DNA of 64,000 bases from Chrysemys picta bellii (Eukaryota): NCBI RefSeq assembly GCF_011386835.1, contig NC_088796.1:64852001-64916000 (forward strand), written 5' to 3'. Below the pieces are notes generated by a model. The model was not told where the DNA came from. It ran no database searches and worked only from the letters and a program-made list of their open reading frames with translations. The translations under genes and the position numbers were made by a program. This document shows, one piece after another, positions 23,160-36,941 of this stretch (positions are counted from its first letter, which is position 1; each line of letters begins with the position of its first letter).

Positions 23160-26100
23160 ATGGACTATCTCTATGCGATAGTAGCGGACAAGAGAACAAT
23201 TACTGCAATGAACAGCTGGAAACTGGTGTCTGAGTGGATTGTCATAGCAGGGTTTACTACTTCTGTCAAGGCTGCTTCCCCACTCTGAACTTTAGGGTAC
23301 AAATGTGGGGGCCTGCATGAAACTTCTAAACTTAACTACAAGCTTAGATCTGGTCCGCTGCCACCACTCCCAAAGTGCTAATTCCTTCCCTGGGTAGCCT
23401 TGAGAGACTCTTCACCAATTCCCTGGTGAATACAGATCCAAACCCCTTGGATCTTAAAACAAGGAGAAATTAAGCATCCCCCCTCCTTTCTCCCACCAAC
23501 TCCTGGTGGATCAAGATCCAACCCCCTTGGATCTAAAAACAAGGAAAAATCATTCAGGTTCTTAAAAAGAAGGCTTTTAATTAAAGAAAAAGGTAAAAAT
23601 CATCTCTGTAAAATCAGGATGGGAAATAACTTTACAGGGTAATCAAACTTAAAGAGCCCAGAGGACCCCCCTCTAGCCTTAGGTTCAAAGTTACAGCAAA
23701 CAGAGGTAAACACCCTAGTAAAAGGTACATTTATAAGTTGAGAAAACAAAGATAAAAACTAACACGCCTTGCCTGGCTGTTTAGTTACAAGTTTGACATA
23801 TGAGAGACTTGTTCAGAAAGATTTGGAGAGCCTGGATTGATGTCTGGTCCCTCTTAGTCCCAAGAGCAAACTCCCCCAAACAAAGAGCACAAACAAAAGC
23901 CTTCCCCCTACCAAGATTTGAAAGTATCATGTCCCCTTATTGGTCCTTTGGGTCAGGTGTCCACCAGGTTATCTGAGCTTCTTAACCCTTTACAGGTAAA
24001 AGGATTTTGGAGTCTCTAGCCAGGAGAGATTTTATAGTATTGTACACAGGAGGGCTGTTACCCTTCCCTTTATAGTTATGACAACTTCCTACAATAAATT
24101 ATGCATAATTGTCATCCGCTGTTATGTACCAACAGACACAGCAAAGGGGAAGAGGAAGAGATGGACAGATTTTATCTACAACTGGATAGCATTATAGATG
24201 AGATTTCTGATCATGATATGCTCCTGATAATGGGAGATATGAATGTAAAGATTGGTAGGGAATGTGGTAAGCAAATAAATAGTGTTGGACCACATGGCAT
24301 TGAGACTGCAAACAATAATGGGGAAAGGTTAAGAACTTGCTGTGGGATACACAATCTAATTATTAGCAGTACTTGGTTTCCTCAGAAAGACATGCACAAG
24401 ATGGCATTCACCAGATGGTAAAATAAAAAAACAGACTGACTGCATTATTATCAGTAAAAGCATAGACTGTCACTGTTGGATGTTAGAAACTGAAGTACTG
24501 ATATGGCAGTGATTATGAACTACTAATGGAAAAGTAATATTTATTTTAATTTAAAATCTAAGAAATAGAAAGTTGTGGTTGATGCCAAATTTGATCTTGC
24601 TAAGTTAAAGTGTAACTTTCTGAGGGAGGCATATGAAATGATGCTTTGAGGGTGTTTCAGGTCATTAATTTGTCATGATGAAGAAACCTCATAACAGACT
24701 GGATTGGAAATATTCAAAGAAGTGGTACAAAACATAGTAGATGAAGTTATTGGAAGATGTAAGCAAACAAGGAAAAGCTGGGAAAGCAATGAAACAAGAG
24801 TATTACAGGAAAAGTGTAAACAAGCTAAAACTGCTGGGAAAATGAAAGAATTAAAAGCATTGTACACAACTGTGAAGAAATCACTGAGGTTGGACAAACA
24901 AAATTTTGGAAAGAAGATGCTCTACAACTAGAGTGGGCATCAAGAAAACAAGATATGAAAACAATGTACAGGAAGGTTAGATTGTATGGAATCAATCAGG
25001 TCAGTGACGCAAGCAGTAAGAAAGGCTACTGGTGAATTGACAACAAATGCCAAAGAGATGCTATAAGTATAGAAGTAGCATTTTGACAAAGTGCTGTATG
25101 TACACTGTAATTCATCCAGATGTAACCATTCTAACCATTCTATTTGAACAGGGCTGATTGCAAGGCAGAATGGATATCAGTGCTGAACCACCATGAGAAG
25201 AAGAAACAGAAAGAACAGTTAAGCATTTAAAATAGGAAAGTTGCAGGAATAGAAGACAGTATAACAGAGGGCATAACAAGTGCCATCAAAGCATTAAAAA
25301 AGATACAAGAAGATAGGGGAGCAAAAGGAGGTAACTGATGACTGGCCTAAGGCAATTGTTGTACCAATCTTGAAGAAAGGAGATCCTACCGGTCCAAATA
25401 ATTATAGAGATATAAGCTTATTGCCAGTACTGGGAAAAATCATGATGAAAACAATTGTCAACAGATTAAAGACCAGTATTAGAGGAAGTAGTAGGCAAAG
25501 AACAGTGCAGCTTTATACCAGCCTGAAGTAGCATTGATCAGATATTCATCCTCCAACAGCTGATGGAAAAACAGCAAGAATGGGGATTAAAGATGTTTGC
25601 TGTTTTCAACAGCAAGAGGCATTTGATTCATAGAAAGTAGCAAATACACTGTTCAAGATAAGGCCATTTCAATTATAAGAGCTATGTACGAAGATTCCTT
25701 CAGTCCCATAAGAACTGAGGGAAAATTAAGCCCATGGTTCAAGTCAAAGTTTGACGTAAGACAAGGGGGCATGGAATCATCATTACTTTTCATCATGTTC
25801 TTGAAATGGATATTAAGAATGTTAGACAAGCTGGAGGATGTGACATTGGGTGATCTAGAGTTAAACTTTGCTTCTGCAAATGAAATTTTACAACTGGCTG
25901 ATGTGTTGTTGACTTGGACTTACAATAACTGCCAAGAAGACAAAGTGGTTGCATCTGGGAAAAGGGACAATAGATATAATGTTGAAATGCAGCAGTGGTG
26001 ATAAAATCATTACATTTGGCACCAAAGTAAAAATTCATCATCAATGTACTAATAGTATTACTCTATGATCTGGAAGCAGCTGCAATAAATGGAACAGACA

Positions 26101-26450
26101 TCAGAAGGCTGGAGGTAGTAGAGATGAGAGTTCTTGGAAAGCTAGCAGATGTAAATTGGAATAATTTTAAGACAAAGACGTTAGAAGGAGAGTAGATGTG
26201 AAATCAGGATCTGGTATATGCTAGCATCAAAAATATTATGATGGTGGGGACACTGGAAAACAAACAGATGATAGGCTGCCAAAGAAAATAATGCAAACAA
26301 AGCCAAGGTCAGTCCTAGAGGCCAAACACTGACTACATGGTGGGATATCAAACACAGGGACATAATCAGGTGGGGCTTAATGGAGAAACAGAAATAAGTG
26401 GACAGAAATGGGTGGCAATGCTGTACTGCTCCCTGTATCTGGAAAGATAC
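23160..26450 (+). mobile_element. Old RTE-clade LINE remnant (endonuclease and RT)
   Basis: IIVIRCYVPT...LLIMGDMNVKIG...NNNGERLRTCC (APE endonuclease); KKGDPTGPNNYRDISLL and DVRQGGMESSLLF (RT); heavily disrupted. Confidence 0.8.
23264..24083 (+). mobile_element. Solo LTR inserted in the RTE endonuclease region
   Basis: tgtcaagg...gttatgaca termini; perfect 5-bp TSD acttc (23259-23263, 24084-24088); RTE frame rejoins across it (GFTTSYNKLCII). Confidence 0.85.
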
Positions 26451-28089
26451 TTTGGGATGAAAAGGAAGAGGAGGAGGGGGTAGCTTTTTCCAATAATATG
26501 CAATACACAGTCTAATTGCTAACAAGTAAAAATAAATTAATTTCTTATGCTGGAGCATTAAGTAAGAATATCTAGGAAGTCAGCATCTTGTAATAAGAAA
26601 AATGTTTTTAATAATTTCCTCCCCAAATTGTCTAATTATTCCTGGACACAACCACTATATGTGCAAGTATGTTTTCCTTTCCCTGCAGCCCCTCCCTTCC
26701 AGCAGAGCACTTTCCTACTAACAAAAATAGAATGGATCTTAACTGTCATCAAATGCCACCCATACCAGATCAATTTCTTTGTCCAAAACCCTCTCCCATC
26801 TTTTCATCTGGACTGTATTTTTATCAGTATCTTTTTTGATCAAAATTGTATATATTTTAGAAATTAAATCTTTTGTTCTAGCTTGCTCCTGGGTCAACTT
26901 CTCAAAATGTTGTTAAAGGTCTAGATAGAGCCATCTTGTATCCACATTTCACAATAAAATGTTTGATTTGCAAATACTGAAAATATGAGATCTTTGTATT
27001 ATTACATATATCTAGGTATGATTTCAAATCAGGACCCAGGAACAGCTGTCTGAATTGAGTGATCTCAGCTCTTACCACAACAAATAGTGATGCTGATATT
27101 TCCTAAGGATAAATTCCTGATTGTTCACTGCAAAATTCCACAAAAGATTCATATTTGAATAATCAGTTTAGTCGCTGTTCCATTTGGTCTGTGATATGAG
27201 TTTCTCAGTCTTGAAAACAATCATAGTTTTACAACAAAAGCTTTTTGGCAAAACATTGTCTCTGAAATGAAATTTCTGCTTCTGGTAATTCCCTCAAGAT
27301 GTTATTCTTCTGTTGTATTTTGACTTTTCTTGGGGTTTCAATAATACTATTGTAGGTGACATAAACAGTCTGTTCAGTTTAAACATAGCACCAAACTTTT
27401 AAAATCCAATTTACCATCTGCTGAAGCCTGAAGGTAAACATACATGCCAGGCAATAAGTCACACAGGAATATTCCCTATCAGCCTGTGTTATGAAGAGCA
27501 ATCTTCATAGATGTAGTTGCATTCCATTCTCCATATTCATTTTTAATTTCCTTGTGACTTGCTTTAGTCAATAGAGCAAAGTGGAGAGCATATTTTGAAA
27601 AATCTCCTGTCTTACCTCTCAGCATTCTCCAATTTTTTTTTTTTCATTTTAAACATGAAAACTCACAGCTATACACTGCGGTTATCTGTGATCTATTGGT
27701 CAAAGGCTACTTGATTAATGTGTGATTGCAACACTTTTCTCCCCACTGGCAAACTACTTTCCCACCTGTGGTTAAAAAATGATCACTTTGTACTCTTAAG
27801 CACATACTTTGACATCTCCATTCTTAAATTCATCTGAAATATAAGAAAAATAGTGTAAGAATTCTACCACATCAGAAAGCTCTGGGATGAATTCTGAACT
27901 GAAAGAGCATATACCATTGGACCGGAGATTAATTTTGGGCTGTATACACAGAGGTATCACAACAGTGAGCTGCACAGAAAGGTAGTGAGTAGAGTGTGGA
28001 TTATGGACTGATTTGTGAGGCAGTATTAAAAGAGCTAAGAGAGTTATGAAAATAGATATATTGATGTATACATATTCTATACCCATTAC

Positions 28090-28440
28090 CCGGCTGTACC
28101 AGCACTAGCTGAATGGAGACATGACAACAGTATACAAATACTAGAAAGGTGGAAATACTATGGAGAACAATGTATTAATTATATTATATTGCAAGGAGGT
28201 ATAACTAGAAATTTAAGAAAGCAAAAATTTAGGCATAAAAGTCTATTAGGATTGATGATGGAATTTATTAACCAGGGGAATCATCTCCAAAGGGAAATGG
28301 TACAGGCCCAATCACTGGGGCACATTTTAAAGCTAGACTGGACAAAACACTGGAACATACATCACTGGGACCAATCTTGCATAGACTGGGTGCTAGACAA
28401 GGTGAGTTATTACCATGTCTAGATTTTATGGTTCTATGAA
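28090..28440 (+). mobile_element. Old CR1 3' fragment
   Basis: ttttaaagctagactggacaaaacactg and tail ttttatggttctatgaa. Confidence 0.55.
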
Positions 28441-28985
28441 CTGGCTCAGAAAAGTTCTGGTCCCTTGGAAGGTAACATGGGGTGACAGTATATGTGCAGG
28501 GCTGGTTGTCAACTGGCTAGAAGTGCTTTGGTTTGTTCTTGGCTCAGCTATTTGTTCTTCTAATTTTGGAGCCAAATAAAGCTAATTTAAATAGTTTATT
28601 ACTATTGTTTAATAAAGAATGGAAAGAGACTGTAAAGGAATAAAAGTGAACAGCATCCTAAATATTTAAAACCCTTCAAAGGCAGTTCAAGTCCCACCAA
28701 AATCAGCATTTTGACAGAAAATATGAAATAGTTTATAGTTAGCATTCACATAATGGCTGTCCTGCTTCTCCACAACGGGGAGTTAGTTTTTGAAAAGATA
28801 ACAGCTCTACTTGGGATATTTAAATCTCCATGCATGACATCTACCCATTGTGGAGATATGGAAAAAATAGCCTATGTGACCAGACAGAGGAAAGAATTTC
28901 ATAGGCATGGGGAAACTACTTCTTAAATACTATTCAAGCCTGGATTGAAAAGAAAATGTGAATTAACAGAATGGACCAAACTGGA

Positions 28986-29445
28986 TGTAAGTGGGCCAGC
29001 CACCTCCTATGCACTTCCTTGGGGCCTAGGATCACACTATAGACAGTCTGCCTCAGCTTCCCCCTCTTGGACTGTTCAATAAACTCAAAAACCACTTTTG
29101 TCCACCATCCAACCCTTCTTGGGTTCTAATTTATTAAATTAACAAGCATTCAAAATAAAAATTTCAAGTCCATCCTAAAGTCCACACAAACAAAGGTTTT
29201 GCTTCCTCCTCCCAGGCCTTCCTGCCTGGTGCTTTTCCTGCTTTGGCAGGCCATTCCCAAGTTCTACCTGCCTGGAATTTTTCTCTGACATGCTCTGCTA
29301 TGGCCTGCTCATTCTTAACCATCCCAAATTCTTGACCATTGTTGCCTCCTGCAGCTCTTTATAGGGCAATCACTCTGATTTCTCCCAGGTGTGACTCATT
29401 CAAACCCTAGCCCCAACCACTCAGCTCTTAAGGGGTGAGCAGCCA
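28986..29445. mobile_element. Possible degraded LTR fragment
   Basis: Starts tgtaagtggg; LTR-like composition; no TSD found. Confidence 0.3.
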
Positions 29446-29603
29446 ATCAGCTGCTCATTTTTAAGATGCTGATTTTGGCTAGCAATCTGAGAGATGATGC
29501 TGTTTATATCTGATGTAAAGATTTAGAGCTGCGTGTTGTCTGTGCACTGAAGGCATTTCAGCCCAAACTCTCTCTCCAGCTCTACCAATGCTATCCTATA
29601 GAT

Positions 29604-29799
29604 CAGAGGTAATCAATTTTTTTTTTGTCAAGCTCCAAATTTCTTGGTCAAGGTATAGTCAAGGTCCGTACTCCAGAGAAAATAACACAATAATAATAAC
29701 AATATTAATAATAATAGGTAAATAAAAAGATTTTGGGATCCGTTCAAAAGTGTCTGGCAGTCCAAATTTTGTCTGCAGTCCGCCTATTGACTACCCCTG
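29604..29799. mobile_element. hAT MITE
   Basis: TIRs cagaggtaatcaat and attgactacccctg; perfect TSD ctatagat. Confidence 0.9.
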
Positions 29800-30703
29800 C
29801 TATAGATGTTGAATAGTATGGGAGAGAGGAATGAGTCTTGGAGAAATAATTGCTCATAATGACCTTCTGTGCCAGAATGGAAAGACTTGATCCTAGTCAT
29901 GGTGTTTCTATTTGCCCCAGCAGCTTTTTTGGAAGCAGGATAGAGATATTTAGTAATAAAGGGTGAAATTCTAGCCACAAGTGGAAAAGTTCCATTGACT
30001 CTACGGGGCCAAGGTTTCATCTGAAATATCATACACAGGTTAGTGGATGAAACGTTCTATAATATAGAATCTTCTTATTTAGTCTTTTTATAATAAAGGA
30101 ACATGCTACAAAAATACTACACAAAATTTGTTTACTGCTCCATTTTTAGAGAGCCTGAAGACTTTTGATCTGATATAAATTTACTGGATATGTCCAACTT
30201 GAATATTAGAGCAAAACCAACATACAACAGTGGCCTTAAAGCACTGTCTATATTAGTCTGACAATGCAGGAGTACTACGTAGTCCAGTTCAAATATCAAT
30301 TTAAACTGGCTCTGGTGAGTCTACAAAAGTTATGGAAAGTATCTTTAAAGCAAAATATTATACATATAAATGAAGGATTTACTACAGTCCTTTAGAGTTT
30401 CTAGAAAGAAATCAAGTAAAAACATTTTTTTATATATTAGTCACTCTAAAAAGAAAATTTCAGAACTTTCAGGAAAAACAAAACCACCTTGAAAAAGTGA
30501 AAATTTTCAGCAGTGATGGACAGCAAAGTGGTGTGAGCAAAATCTAATTTTGCAGAAAGAGAGAGCTGTTGGACAATTCTCTCTCTACCTATGTTTCTGG
30601 AGGTTTAGTCTTTAATGAGATAGAAATGTAATTCACAAACCTTTGCTATCCCCTAGGTCATAATTCTTCAGGAAAATCCCTGTGTGAGTAAACACATGAT
30701 TTA

Positions 30704-31086
30704 TAGAGCTGGTTGAAACTGATCTTTTTTTTTCTTTCTTCATTTATTTTAAATGAAAAGAATTTGTTTTCAATCAAAAGCTTTTTTGACTATTTTAAGT
30801 TTTCAAGTAAAAAATTCAAAATTCAGTTTTTTGGGTTTTGTTTTGGCTGAAAAAATCCAACTTTATTTTTTTAATATAGCTACTCCCATAGATCCACTAA
30901 ATGTGTGATTTTTTCCTTCACATTTAAATATTTTTAAATGTTAAAAATGTACATTTCCCCCCCCAAAATATCAGTTAATTTTTTAATGAAAATTTATCCA
31001 AAATGAAAAGTTTCTCAAAAGATTTTTTAACTAAGCTTTTCTTTTTTCAACAACAACAAAATCACTGAAAAACTTCCAGCCCTCTT
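30704..31086. mobile_element. Old AT-rich MITE-like element
   Basis: Ends tagagctggttgaaa and ttccagccctct are roughly inverted; A/T-run-rich interior. Confidence 0.4.
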
Positions 31087-32239
31087 TACTGATTAACCAC
31101 AGGTAGCAGGTAATGGTACCAGTTGGTTTTCCTCTTTGGTTGCATAATTTAAAACTCATAACTCTTCAGATGTGACATTTATGGTGATACAGTGTTTGAA
31201 AACAATAAGTTGTGTCATCTGAAACAATGGTTCCCATCTACTGGTATCTTCAGGATTTTATGGCTGGTATTTATGGATCCTGCTTTAACAGTCTGTAAGA
31301 GACACCCAATTCACATTTGGATGTACATGCTACAAATAACAGGATTTGAAATGCTTCTAACCCTAGTCTTGCAGTCAAGATATTTGAGTCAACAAGACTG
31401 AGCTTTAAAGCATTAGCTCAAGACCCTTCTTAGATTTAAGCATAGACAGCAGTATGGGACATGGCAGCCATGAATTCAGTGTTTTGTTTTTTTTAATGTT
31501 ACTAAAACAGAATTTGTCCCTTAGTGGTACCCCAAATTTACCCCAAAAGGCTGAAATACAGATTAAAAGAACTCTTGGATATTTTATGTATTTTTTTCCT
31601 CCACTCTTCTGCAAGAATGCACACCAGGTAATAAATTAATGTGGGTGGGAAAGAAATGAAAGATTATATGTCAGCTATGATTTCCCACAGCTTTTTGATA
31701 AAAGAAGCCTTTTAAATAACATTAAGGCAAAACTATTAATATCCCTTGCTAGATGTTAGCTATAAAACATGCTGTTAAAAGCCCACTTCCCACAAAAGTT
31801 TGGGCATCTAACAAGATTATTTTTGAGAGTGTAATTAGTTACATTTTTTTTGACATTACTGAGTTTGCTCTCAAAATCAAACTGTCAGAATTATTTTTTA
31901 CCAGTCCCTGCAATTATGCCTTTTCCTAATAAATAATGTTTGACTAACATGTTCACATTCTTAAATGAATGTAAAACAGACCTGCATCTAATCTGGTTTT
32001 CAGAAAAATAGCAGGCAAATTGCCCTGAAACATTAGACAAGTCTCAAACAGCAGAAGATATTTGAATATACCAGAGCTATTATCTGGCAGTAAGTGTGAA
32101 AAATACTGAGAAATTAAAATTGAAACTAGGTAGCTGTTACATATAAATGAGAGACAGATATTCCAAAGATTTCCTTTTCTATCAGTTTCTATGTCCATCT
32201 GTAGGGTCAAATATTTTGTATTAGGCTCAAAAAGAGAAG

Positions 32240-32468
32240 AAGGCTGGCGTAGAGGTTAGAGTGCAAGAGTGGGGCCTGGGAGACCTTCTATCAGATCCCT
32301 GCTCTGTGTGATCATGGGCAAGTCAGTTAGTCTCTCTGTGCCTCCGTTCCCCACCTGTAAAATGGGGATAATAGCACCTCCTTGCCTCATAGAGTGTAGT
32401 GAGGATATGTCAAAAGATTGTGAGGTGCTCAGATACTATGGTAATGGAGGCCATGTAAGTAGCTAAGA
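32240..32468 (+). mobile_element. MIR-like CORE-SINE
   Basis: gggcaagtcagttagtctctctgtgcctccgttccccacctgtaaaatggggataatag matches the MIR core. Confidence 0.7.
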
Positions 32469-33316
32469 CCGAGAGAAATTCCAGTTGATATTGTGTTAGT
32501 CTGGTTTGAGGGAAAGAGGCGTATAGACGCTTTCTGCAATTAACACACTATGTGGCAGGCAGACTAGGGCCCTCGTACATATTTCACAACTGGGAAAATG
32601 TTAATTTGATTGCCAAGGATAAGCTAAGGGTAAAGAAAATGGGAGGCTAACATTAGGTTCCTAAGTGCATATTTAGGCTTCTCAATAAATTACTTGATTT
32701 TCAAAAGTGTCAAACACACAGTAACTTTCATTGACATCACTGAGAGTTGCCGGTTGCTTAATGTTTTTGAAAATGATGTCACTTTGTTTGGAGGCCTTAA
32801 TATGGAATTGGAAGCCAAATGTTTTGAAATCTGGGCTATACAGCTTTTAGACTGCCCTCCACACACACACATGAAATACTGCTTTTAAATTCTAAGGGTC
32901 TGCACATCTCTAAAACAAATGCCCAAAGGAGCCTCCAACATTGATTGCCTTAGTTAGGAGGGTGGGGGGTTTAATTAAAGATTGAATCAAACTATATTAC
33001 ATTTAATGTTGGCAATGTTCCTTAGTGCAGGCTTGGTGTTGCTACTATCACACAGACAATACATAACTCGTGCATTATGAAGACCATATCAGTCATTTTA
33101 AAATCAATTTTGACATTCCATAGGTATGTTTATAGTTATTGCCACAGTCACCTCCTCCTGTGGAATCAACTTCTGCCCCCCTCTTTATTGGGGTTTCCCA
33201 GCATGGACTGTAATGTGTTTATTTTTACTGGATTTTCTGTGGGTCTTGAAGGAAACAATGCATGTATGCTTGTCTTGTTCCTGGCCCTTCCCCAGCCTTG
33301 GATCTTCAACCCCTTA

Positions 33317-33602
33317 GAGTATGTCTACACTGCAGGTGGGAGTGAGCCGCCCAGCCCGGGTACACAGACTCATGGTAATTGGGCTTGAGCTAGCATATTA
33401 AAAATAGAAATGTAGGATGTTCCAGCTTGGGCAGAAGCTCGGGCTCTCAAGCCCACCCGACTCCCTAGGCTTCAGAACCCAAGCTCAAGCCTGAGCTGCA
33501 GTATCCAAACTACTATTTGTAGTGTGCTAGCTAGATCCTGATAGCGCAAGTCTGTCTTCCTGGGCTGGAAAGCTCGCTTCCAGATGCAGTGTAGACATAC
33601 TC
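33317..33602. mobile_element. PIF/Harbinger MITE
   Basis: Perfect 18-bp TIRs gagtatgtctacactgca and tgcagtgtagacatactc. Confidence 0.85.
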
Positions 33603-34156
33603 ACAGAAGGCAGGGATTTAGAGAAATAGGGGCAGTCCTGTGGAGGGAGCTGACCTCCACTGACCATGCAGGCATCCACCTACAGGGTCTCTTTGGAGCA
33701 GCAAGTATAGGGGGAATGTAAGTCTTCCAACTCATGTAAAACTTTTCTCAAGCATGTAGAGTATAGCTGGAACATTCATCTGTTATTTATCTCAGTGGAC
33801 CTGATGTGTTGTTTTAGAACAAAACTCAAAATGAAATCAATGGAAGATGTGCACTCATAGCAATGGTTGAATAAATAGTCACAACTTCAGACAACAAGAC
33901 ACCTTCTATGGCTAGATCACATTGTTTCTGCATTGTTTAATCAGAGAGACATATCACTGCTTCAATCTGTCTGCCTGATGCTCCATGCCTGTGAACTTGG
34001 GCTAGATATTCATTATAGGAACAAAGTATCTCTTCTGGTCTGCTATAGGAGTCTGGAAAGAAGAGAAAACAATCAATTTACTGTTCAATCCTGAAGACTG
34101 AATTCTTCCTGCTCTTTTTTCCAATAAAGACAAATTTTAAGTTTAGTCCTACTAGA

Positions 34157-34322
34157 GGGGGAGGGATAGCTCGGTGGTTTGAGCATTGGCCTGCTTAAAC
34201 CAAGTGTTGTGAATTCAATCCTTGAGGGGGCCATTTAGGAATCTGGGGCAAAAATCTGTCTGGGGATTGGTTCTGCATAGATGACCTCCTGAGGTTCCTT
34301 TCAACCCTGGTATTCTATAATT
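34157..34322 (+). mobile_element. tRNA-derived SINE with CR1-like tail (tortoise Pol III SINE type)
   Basis: A box tagctcggtgg, degenerate B box gaattcaatcc, CR1-like tail gatgacctcctgagg...attctataattc. Confidence 0.75.
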
Positions 34323-36128
34323 CATGAAATCCATTGCTAAAAGCCTTCATAAAATAAAAAACTCAAGAATATTGAATGCTACCAGTCTAGTTATAATTTA
34401 CAAGAAACTTAAAACCAGGAAAGTTTCATTCCAAACTGAAAACTCAGATCCAGTTCATTGAAAGATTTTCTAATGTTCACTGAACTAGTTGAGTCATGGT
34501 TATCCCATCTACATGTTACCATGTTCAAATATCTGGTTTTGTGTCAAAATCATGTGAAAATTGAGGTTTTGCATGGGTTTGACACAAAAACACATGAAGT
34601 TCTGGGGTTTCAACTTAATTTTATTCTGAGATATATTAGTTTTGTTCAGGGATTGTTTAAACCTGAATCTTAAAGCAAAACTTGAGATTTTTGAACTTCT
34701 ATTGCTAAACATCAAAGCAAATGTACAATGAAAGCACCAGCTTCTATCCAGGTCTATTAGGAAATCACAAACCCCACATTACTGAGTTTCATTCACCAGT
34801 TTCATTCTATTTCAGCAGCCACGCAAGTGTCTGTCTGATACCGTAACTCCATTCCTGGGCTTTCCCTACTGGGGAACTAGGCATTCAGGACTTCTCCAAC
34901 TACCACATGACTCCTGTTTAAAAATAAATACAAACCCACTTTGCTACTATCTGATCTATGGCTACATTTTTCCAGGGTTCAGCTTGCTTGGATCTTGAAT
35001 TTTGGTTCAGGCTCATATAGTATAAATTATTTCAGTCAATGGCCTAGAATACTGCCCTTCCAAATATCACTGTGATTGACATTTTCTGAAGATTAATTTT
35101 GATTTTTTAAATGTAAAGACACAATGGCCCACATTACAAAGGAAGGTGCTTTGCAGAGGCAGAAGTTTCCCACAATGTGCATTTGCCATCTGTTTTAAAA
35201 GCCCCAAAGTTTACAATGTCAGATTTGCACCACTCAGTGTTATATGATAAATAAACAGCACATAGCATTACACAGAACAATAGCATATTTTAGTTACATT
35301 GTGTATAAGATCATCACTGCTGGTGTTGGGTACATGGGGCTTATAAGAAAAGCTGTAGCAGCTTACCAGACATGTTTTGGTTTGAAACAGTCAGTGTCTC
35401 ATACTACATTTTCTTTCTTAGACAAATCATTACTATAAAGTATATTTGTTTTACCAGTTATTCCAAATTTCATAATGGGCTGAGTCTATCCCACTGTGAG
35501 ACTGCAGGTGATCAGCAATATCGAGTGCAGAGGAATGAATCTTCCTATCATTGCCAGTGCATTTAGGTTGTTATTCTTGGAGTGGGGCACAGTGTGGGCC
35601 AGAGCTCTGGAGATTTTTTACTACCAGTATGTAATTCAAAGTGTCAAAATATCTCTAATCTTTTAACAACCACTGGCATGGTCCAATGGGATATCGTTTT
35701 TAATGTCTTATCTGGAGGATGGCACTTCTCAGAGGTGCAGCAAAACAAGTATCTGGCAGAGGTAAGAATAATATACAATGAACTAGGCTGATAGAAGGAA
35801 AGTATGATCTCAATCTCTTAATCCAATTTGCTCAGCAATGGCATGTGGTAAAGTTTATAACGTCTAGTCTGGTCATATCTGTGTATTGATACTACAAGAG
35901 AAACACTTTAGGTCTTTTCTTCTCAACTGAGGAGTGACCTCTCTAAAGCTACGACTGTAATATGGAACTTCTGAGAGAAGTGATTTGGTTATCAAGAGTT
36001 AATGATGCCTCTTGGGGATGATTACAGAACAAAACATCTTGCTTTGTTTAGTGTCATAAATATGTGTTTCCTCATGACAATGGCCTCTCTGTTGCTATTC
36101 ATTGTTTCATTGCAATTTAAGAAACTAA

Positions 36129-36793
36129 GGGCATGTCTACACTTGCCATTTAAAGTGGAAAAAGTCCCTTTTTTGTGCAAAAACCATGAGAGTTTCACCG
36201 CAAAAAGAAAACCACCTCCACGAGAGGCATACAGTTCATACTGGTGATGCTTTTGCGGTGATGTGCAAGTGAAGACACATTCTTCCTGTTTACACAGCTT
36301 TTAGCCTCTGCAGGATATCCCACAGTGCCTAGGTGACCACTCTGGCCAGCAGCTCTGCTGCTCTGTTGCCAGGTAACAGACATCCACCCCTCCCCCTGTA
36401 AAGCCCCCAGAACTTTGAAACTCCCCTTCCTGTTTTCTTGGCACGTGCTCACGTATCTGGCTAGGTGACAATGCCTGCTCCATGGAGCAAATGATCCCCT
36501 GCTTGGAGCCATGCTGAGCTACTGGAGCTTACCAGTGTTTGGGGAGAGCAGGCTGTGCAGGGACCCAGGATGCCCCGCAATCACCCCCCCCCCACAAGAC
36601 CCATTGTCAAACTGGAGAGAGCTGCACTGTGGGATAGCTGCCCTAGAGCGCTGCTTTCATCCACTATGCAAATGTAAACACTCTCTGATGCCTGAGGAAT
36701 TAAGTGAGTACACAAACCAGTGCTTTACTTTCACTGGTTCCCTATCACCAGTGAAACTTACAGCGCAAAAACTCTGCGAGTGTAGACACACCC
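36129..36793. mobile_element. Non-autonomous PIF/Harbinger element
   Basis: TIRs gggcatgtctacact and agtgtagacacaccc; flanks TAA and TTA. Confidence 0.85.
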
Positions 36794-36941
36794 TTACACT
36801 TGCTTTGGGTAGTGAAGCTGTAGAGCCAGATTATCAGACAGGGTTGATCAGATTTATTCACTTTAAGAAAAGCAGTGTATGAATACCGACAGAATTATAC
36901 GCAAAGATATTATTCAGATTTCTTTGATTTTCAAAATATAT

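Noticed and set aside
27667-27765. Minus-strand 99-nt segment with strong splice sites (similarly plus strand 32004-32089)
   Set aside because: Stops in all three frames; shows the background rate of such matches, though non-coding exons cannot be excluded.
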